In this document: positions 56,487 to 64,000 of the stretch, piece after piece
Layout: each line of letters starts with the position of its first letter
How positions within the stretch are numbered: the stretch's first letter is position 1
Assembly (NCBI GenBank): GCA_951406725.2
Contig: OX597833.1
Coordinates: forward strand, 65,472,001-65,536,000
DNA: 64,000 bases
Source: Octopus vulgaris
Lineage: Eukaryota
Reading direction: 5' to 3'
Translations under genes and position numbers: made by a program
Notes under the pieces: generated by a model
What the model was told of the DNA's origin: nothing
Seen by the model: the letters and a program-made list of their open reading frames with translations, nothing else
The model's database searches: none

Positions 56487-57324
56487 GATAATTGATCAAT
56501 TATTAGTAAGTTCTGTCTCCAATTATCAATATATAGACTTTTAGAATATAATATAATATAATAAAAAATAATAATATAATGATATAATTTAATATAATAT
56601 AATACACCGCCGTATAATAGAATATAATGTAATTTCACGACGCTATAAAATTTGGTTAAGAATGGCTTAAAATTTATGCGATTTCGATTCAATTTACCAT
56701 AGAGATTAAGACAGAGGAAGGAATTCTTCAGAGGAATTGATTGTCGTGATCGCTTGTTCTATGAATATTCATGAGAACAAACGATCTAGGTTGGGTCATA
56801 TTGAAATTTCATTTGACATTTATAATGGTAGTATTATGAACTCGAGTTAACAACCTGGTTTTAAGCAATCTAATCTGAATTCGCATGTCTCGAGATTGGA
56901 CATTAAAACTAGATTTATTGTAATAATTAAATTTCGAACAGGTTTCGCTTGAAAAGATCGCTTTGGCATATGTCCATTTTAGGTCACTAACTTAAGGTCG
57001 AAGCAAGCTATGTATATTAATACACAATTTCGAATATCTTGTTAATCAACAATTGAGAAAAGTTCACGCTCTTTTTTTTTTTGTTTGTTGTCTCTGTTTT
57101 TGTTGTTGTTCTTGTATTTCTTCTTTTCTCTCTCATTTTACTGTTGTAACCCTGAACCACCTTTCAAATACATGATTTAATATCGCACATATTGTTGCTG
57201 AGTGGGCAAAACAAGCGATTACGTATCATAATAGCAGACTGAAGACGTGTTCTAATATATTTCCATACGACTTGAATAATAACAGTCGACGGGGAAAAGC
57301 CAATGCATATACATACACCCCTGC

Positions 57325-57410
<86 letters not shown>

Positions 57411-57414
57411 GACA

Positions 57415-57620
57415 GATACTTTAGCACGCCGGGTGAAATGCTTAGCGGTATTTCGTCTGTCGTTACGTTCTGAGTTCAAATTCCGCCGAGGTCGACTTTG
57501 CCTTTCATACTTTCGGGGTCGATAAATAAAGTACCATTTTCGCACTGGGGTCGATGTAATCGACTTAATCCCTTTGTCTGTCCTTGTTTGTCCCTTCTAT
57601 GTTTAGCCCCTTGTGGGCAA
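57415..57620 (+). mobile_element. SINE family B with tail 1
   Basis: Family B match. Confidence 0.88.
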
Positions 57621-57639
57621 TGTTGATTCGCTAGTTTCT

Positions 57640-57824
57640 GCACGCATTTTTTTTCTCTCCTTGTTTCTCTCCGTGTTTCTTTTCTGTGTATCTTTCTGTT
57701 GAAGAGCGTAGGCTCGAAACGTAAAAGACTTGTTTTATTTCTATTCCTGAGCGCCATACTAATACAATTGTTTGTTTGTATTCCAGCTGCCTTCGTCTTT
57801 TGTTTATTTTCATAAAGCCTCCCG

Positions 57825-57826
<2 letters not shown>
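57640..57826 (+). mobile_element. Penelope-like repeat family H2 with hammerhead-like motif (57691-57728)
   Basis: TCTTT CTGTTGA A GAGC GTAG GCTC GAAA C GTA AAAGA (helix I TCTTT/AAAGA); ends in (TA)n. Confidence 0.68.
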
Positions 57827-57889
<63 letters not shown>

Positions 57890-57904
57890 TATATGTAAAT
57901 ATGT

Positions 57905-58200
57905 GGAGGCATAATGACCCAGTGGTTAGGGCAGCGGACTCGCGGTCGGAGGATCGCGCTTCCGATTCCCAGACCGGGCGTTGTGTGTGTTTATTGAGTG
58001 AAAAAATCTAAAAATCTCCACGAGGCTTCAGCAGTGGGTGGTGGTGACCCCTGTTGCACTCTTTCGCCACAACTTGCTCTCACTCTCTCTTCCAGTTTCT
58101 TGAGTAAAGCTGCGATGGACTGGCGTCCCGGGAACACATACGCACCAGAAACCGGGAAACCAGGCCCATGAGCCTGGCTAGGCTTGAAAAGGGCGACATT
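57905..58200 (+). mobile_element. tRNA SINE (middle domain D + family C tail X)
   Basis: tRNA-like head; middle shared with 24525-24620; tail shared with 45295-45400. Confidence 0.8.
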
Positions 58201-58215
58201 TATCGTTTATATGCT

Positions 58216-58278
<63 letters not shown>

Positions 58279-58659
58279 ATATGCATATATAGGTACACAC
58301 ACACATATAGATAGATAGGGACATACATACATGCATACAGACAGACAGACAGACAGGCAGGTAGGCAGGAGGCAGACAGACAGATATAGAGACATACATA
58401 CATGCGTACAGACATATAGGTAGATACAGATATGTATACAAGTATGCATGTATATCAATCCTGAGTCTTGAACGAGGTTTTTGATAACGCCCGGGTAACG
58501 TAATACCTCGCGCTCCTCAGAGCTAGCCGGTATGTAAAATATATAGTGTCTACACTTCGTTAGTTGTGGTTAAAAAGTTACATCCATGTTTTGTCTGCTA
58601 GGAAAAATGACGAAACGAACTGAATAACGGACTAATCTTCTCTGAGATATAACATTAGA

Positions 58660-59206
58660 AGGCAGGATATTGTTGTTTGGAGAAAAGGTATGTAGCATCA
58701 TAGAGGTTAGTATCCCTGCAGATATAAATATTTCTTTGAAAACCAAAGTAAAAGAGAACATATATGGACAACTGCTTCAAAACCTCCAGCTTCTATATCA
58801 AGACTATGAATTCATATTCATATCAACAATAATTGAAGTACTAGGTTTTGTTAGTAAATGCTTAAATGTGAATCTGGAAAAACTGGGATTTTCAGAAAGA
58901 GAAATCGACCAGCTAATTCGTATATTACAAGTGTAATCTGTGAGTGGAAGAGTAAAAATATACAAGACTTTTCTGAAGTTCCAAATGTGAATTTGTCTGT
59001 GTTACCTACATCTCAAAGAGGGAACCTTCTATCTTAGTTGGAAACCGGTTTCCTCTACAGTGGAAGTTTTATAATAATTAAAAAACAGAAGAAACAAAAA
59101 ATACCATGTTGGTGATGTTAGAATTCCAACGAAGGAACCTTTAATCTAGGTTAGAAACCGGCTCTTTCTCTATTGGCATGAACTCTTCAATTAAAACTGA
59201 ACAATG
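58660..59206 (+). mobile_element. 3' end of an RLE-type non-LTR retrotransposon ending in (CATA)n
   Basis: EKVCSIIEVSIPADINISLKTKVKENIYGQL...IIEVLGFV...*SVSGRVKIYKTFLKF* resembles the RLE C-terminus (IE..P.D...K..Y, I.G.LG). 3' UTR runs into (CATA)n 59207-59330. Confidence 0.6.
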
Positions 59207-60107
59207 ACATACATGCATACATACATTCATACATACATACATACATACATACATACATACATACATACATACATACATACATACATACATACATACATTC
59301 ATACATACATACATACATACATACATACGTACATCAGCCGAAATGTTATAATAATAAAACTATGATAGATAAGGGCATTTCACAAATATATTTTCCAGAT
59401 CGAATGCCTTCCCACCGAATCCATTATTATTACCGGGTAAACAACCAGAATCACACACAGGATAATTCTTTGAAATTCATTCAGTTCCTCATTGAGTATC
59501 ATCATAGGAAGGACTTTGAGGATTCTATGAATAAATAACTGCCAATCCTATACAATACCATTATGTCATAACGTAAACGAGTGTCATGCGGGCAATTATT
59601 TCAACACAAGAGTTAATTTTTATTGAAGAATACAATGTATTAAGTTAATCTTATTTTTTTCATATTATTCTGGATGTTGCTAAAGGCGAAAGAGATAGCG
59701 TTTTATCAGCGTGTGTTTGTACACTTAGTTTTATTCACGCCCGCGCGTGTGTGTGCGTACGTATAGTTCTGTGTGTGGTTGGGTCTATCTGGCTTATTAT
59801 ATTAGCGGTTTATATTAGCTTCCGTGAGATATCTTGAAACACACCTCTAAGCAAGTTGAACTTTAAGAGGTTTAATGAAGAGTGGAAGAAAGTAGGACTG
59901 TCCTTAAGATATAAATAGACTTTTTGAAATCTCTGTATCTACATAACAATTTGCGAAGACTTTCACTTTCATATTATATGTATATATATAAATATAGTGA
60001 GAATTTACAAAAAAAAACGAAAGACAAAGACAGGTCTGTATATATACATACATATATTACACACACACACACACACACACGCACACAGAGATTTATATAT
60101 ATGTATA

Positions 60108-60503
60108 TCTTTATATATAAAAGTGAAGTTGTGTGTCTGTCTCCTACGATTTAGATTCCTAACTACTCCCACATTTTGCGGTGCAGTTTAACCAAAACCG
60201 GGTATCTTATAGTCGTGATTCATATCGAGCCCTTCTGGGTATTAGCGCGCGTCTACGATGAGTCTACGATTTAAAAAAAAAATTACCATCATTTGTTCCC
60301 ATTTTTAACGCATGTTTTTGCTATTATATAAGGGAAGTAACTCTCTAAAAATGTATTATTAAATCTCAGAACGTAAAAAGCTACAGTAGCACCCCCCCTT
60401 TGTGGTTAGCCATATTGAGATGGCTATTATACTTTACATCTCTAAAAATGCTTATATAGTTATTTCCCTTACAAATCCGAGCAACGCCGGGCGATACTGC
60501 TAG
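60108..60503 (+). mobile_element. Non-autonomous Helitron type 2
   Basis: A|TC...hairpin...CTAG|T. Confidence 0.88.
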
Positions 60504-60509
60504 TATATA

Positions 60510-60579
<70 letters not shown>

Positions 60580-60756
60580 TTAGGGAGTATGGCTCCAAAC
60601 TTACAGGGAAAAATTAGATTTAGGATTAAATCAAATTTCACAGTATAAATATATAAAATATGAATTAGAGATAAAACCACTATTAGGCAACTCAAACAGT
60701 GATAGACATTAACCAATACATAAATATCTCTAATTCATATTTTATATATATATATA

Positions 60757-61095
60757 GGATGGGCTGTGTGGAAAGTAGCTTGCTTACCAACCATTTGTGC
60801 AGCCCTAGTCCCACAGTGTGGCACCTTGGCCAGGCGTCTTCTACTATTGCCTCAGGCCGACCAAAGTCCCGTGAGTGGATTTGGCAGACATATATGTGTG
60901 CGCGTGTGTGTGTGTGTGTGTATTTGTGTGTCTATGTTTGTCCCCCACAACATCGCTTGATAACCGATGCTGGTGTGCTTACGTCCCCGTAACTTACCCT
61001 TTCGGGAAGGGAACCGTTGGTATAAGTACTACGCTTACAGAGAATAAGTCCTGGAACCTATTTGCTCCAGCATGTCCGCAGACAAATGACAATAC
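60757..61095 (+). mobile_element. SINE family A (diverged, deleted)
   Basis: Family A match. Confidence 0.75.
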
Positions 61096-61303
61096 ATTTA
61101 TACACAAAGGGGAGATCATTGACAGGACTCCTTACATGCTAAAAGAGTCAGTTTATTACCCTCATATTTACGATACATATATATATATATAGAGAGAGAG
61201 AGAGAGGGGGGAGCGGGGGAGAGAGAGAGAGAGAGAGAGAGAAGAGAAAGAGAGACAGACAGACAGACATATAGATAGATATGTTTCTTTATTAGCCACA
61301 GAC

Positions 61304-61377
<74 letters not shown>

Positions 61378-62116
61378 GTAAATAGGTAGGTAGGTAGGTA
61401 GGTAGGTAGGTAGGTAGGTAGGTAGGTAGGTAGACTGACAGACAGACAGACGGTCCTATATAGATTCACAACCAAACATAATAAATGTCACGTCGTTCGC
61501 TACGCCAATAGAGCTTTTGGTTTAAACATCAGAGATGAGGAATTTGTTTTATACTACTCATCTCTGTAGCCAACATAAAACTACGATGCGGTTCTCTTGC
61601 AAATGTGTAGACCACAATTTCTCAGTGGCACTATGATAACCAGCATTTATCACTTAATAGGATATCGATATTTCAATTATATCGATATTATATTTAACAC
61701 ACGATACCACTTAAACACAACACATACAAAAGCAAAACTAAAATATGAGAATCGAAACATAACCAAAAAAAAAGACTAATATAAATATTAAAAATAAAGC
61801 AATTTTTTTTAAGGCAACGGGAAAACGCGAACCAATTTCACATCAACAATAGTTATAAGAGAAGCGATAAATAATAGCAGCTACAACAACAGCAACAACA
61901 ATAACAACAACAAATTCAATAATACGAAATCTCATTAAATGCTGTGCTCTCATAGTTTGCCTGTTTTTGAGATAACCGTTTCAGCTCTTTTATGTGCACA
62001 CGCGCATGCGTGCTTAGACATAGTTAAACGCAGACGCACACACAAACAAACACACATACACACAAACGAAATGTGTGTATATATATATATATATGTATAT
62101 ACACACACACACATAC

Positions 62117-62184
<68 letters not shown>

Positions 62185-62429
62185 TGAGGGAATAAAATCC
62201 AAACTTACAAGGAAAAAGAATTCAATTTAGAAATATTAAATCAAATATGTAATTTTCTAGATGGTGTAATTTAATTATTCATTTTGAATTGATTAAAGGT
62301 GGGGGTTTTTTCTAATATTATATATATATAACGGGAAGCTTTATGAAAATAAACAAAAGACGAAGGCAGGTGGAATACAAACAAACAATTGTATTAGTAT
62401 GGCGCTAAGGAATATAAATAAAACATATT

Positions 62430-63215
62430 CGTTTTGCAAGATTCTTGGTGTCAAGTCGTGTGTTGAAACAAATATTGTTGTATTCAGGGTTGGTCATGTT
62501 GCCAGTTTAGCCAATGAAACACACGCACTATATATTTAATGTTCACTTGCTTCAGCTTTATTGCTATTTTATATTATTTGTATTTCGGCCAGATTTCTTT
62601 CGCCACACTTCTGTGACCTCATCAGTGGTCCTTTGCTTTCTTCTTTCTTTTTGTGTGTGTGTCTCCTTACTAATGACCTGCCATTTCATATTCCTGTTGC
62701 ATGAGTACATCCCTGTGTTTGTGTCTATGTTTAGCAAGTGTGGCGGGGGCAGAATGTGTATGGTACCCCTGTTTTTTCACACTTCTTTAATTTAATTTAA
62801 CTTATTTTATTCATTCGTTTTTGTTTTTGTTTTTGTTAATAGATAAAAAGCAAATGGATGAAATAAAAAAATTAAATTAAACGAACGTGAATTAAAAGGG
62901 GATTCTGATAATGCCGGTATCATACACATTACCACACACACTTATTAAACATAGACACACAGAGGGATACACGCATGCGCAAATAAAGCTACATACAATT
63001 GGGATACAAAATGGCACATGGTTAGGAAGGAAAGACGCCAAAAAAGAAAGAAGAAAGCAAAGGACCACTGATGAGATTACAGGAGTGTGATGAAAGAAAC
63101 TCTGGCTGAAAAACGATTTATATAAAATAGAGCTGAAGCAGGTGAACACCAAATATTTAGTGCGCGTGCTTTTATTGGCTAAACTGGCAACATGACCATC
63201 CCAAAATAAAACAAT
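62430..63215. mobile_element. Inverted pair of family H3 repeats, each with a canonical-core hammerhead (62587-62631 minus; 63062-63106 plus)
   Basis: GACCA CTGATGA G GTCACA GAAG TGTGGC GAAA GAAA TC TGGCC and GACCA CTGATGA G ATTACA GGAG TGTGAT GAAA GAAAC TC TGGC. Confidence 0.78.
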
Positions 63216-63249
63216 ATATATATAGAACCACATCTATAAACAATATCTA

Positions 63250-63478
63250 TTTCTTTACTGCCCAGAAGGGGCTAAACACAGAGGGGACAAACAAGGACAG
63301 ACAAACAGATTAAGTCGATTACATGGACCCCAGTGCGTAACTGGTACTTATTTAATCGACCCCGAAAGGATGAAAGGCAAAGTCAACCTCGGCGGAATTT
63401 GAACTCAGAACGTAGCGACAGACGAAATACTGCTAAGCGTTTCACCCGGCGTGCTAGCGATTCTGCCAGCTCGCCGCC
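63250..63478 (-). mobile_element. SINE family B with tail 1
   Basis: Full-length reverse copy. Confidence 0.9.
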
Positions 63479-63515
63479 TAAACAATATCTTTATCAACAT
63501 AGAGTAGTTGCTTGG

Positions 63516-63923
63516 CTAGGTGGCGTTGCTGAATTCATCGTTCGAAAACATATACTTTTCAAAGTGACACACAACTACTGATCCAATAAATAGAAACATT
63601 ATTATTTCTAAATCTATCAAAGACATATATTCAGTAACAGTTCTGTAAAGTAAAGGTTATTTGCCAACATAATGTGGCTGTCCTGGAAGAGACGATTGTT
63701 ACTTTTGTGTAGCCCCAGGGAACAACGTTTCCAGCTGGCTATACGACACAATATCTGTGTCCTTATATTTTGGAACAGGAAGTCCAGCGCTCCCATCCAG
63801 CACATCACAACATCTATGGACGTGTTTCCTTGTTATTGCTCTTTATCAGCCCAGAATAGCTGCTTGGTTCAATGGCATTACTAAATTCACCGTTCGAACG
63901 GTGAATTCAGCAACGCCACCTAG
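63516..63923. mobile_element. Element bounded by 31-bp inverted repeats (MITE-like)
   Basis: CTAGGTGGCGTTGCTGAATTCATCGTTCGAA ... TTCGAACGGTGAATTCAGCAACGCCACCTAG. Confidence 0.6.
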
Positions 63924-64000
63924 TGAGATTATTTCACTGGTAATAAATATACATGTATGTACACATACATGTTCAATTAGGTATGTATTTTATTCATTAA

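Overview
AT-rich, microsatellite-dense eukaryotic intronic or intergenic DNA. The repeat content and the 5S sequence suggest an octopus/coleoid cephalopod (inference). I found no convincing host protein-coding exon; most long ORFs in the track are microsatellite artefacts. The window holds a dispersed, degenerate 5S rRNA copy, tens of tRNA-derived SINEs from 3-4 modular families, and a 5'-truncated R4/Dong-type RLE retrotransposon plus several related relics in (TAA)n. It also has Tx1/L1 and CR1 LINE relics, five non-autonomous Helitrons (two internal types), a TIR MITE with an 8-bp TSD, and Tc1/mariner and hAT relics. The most notable signal is about ten minimal hammerhead-ribozyme-like motifs from about six apparently unrelated short repeat families. 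These often sit in fold-back or inverted arrangements and abut (TA)n, as expected for Penelope-like pseudo-LTRs or retrozymes. All alignments and folds were done by eye and many boundaries are approximate.
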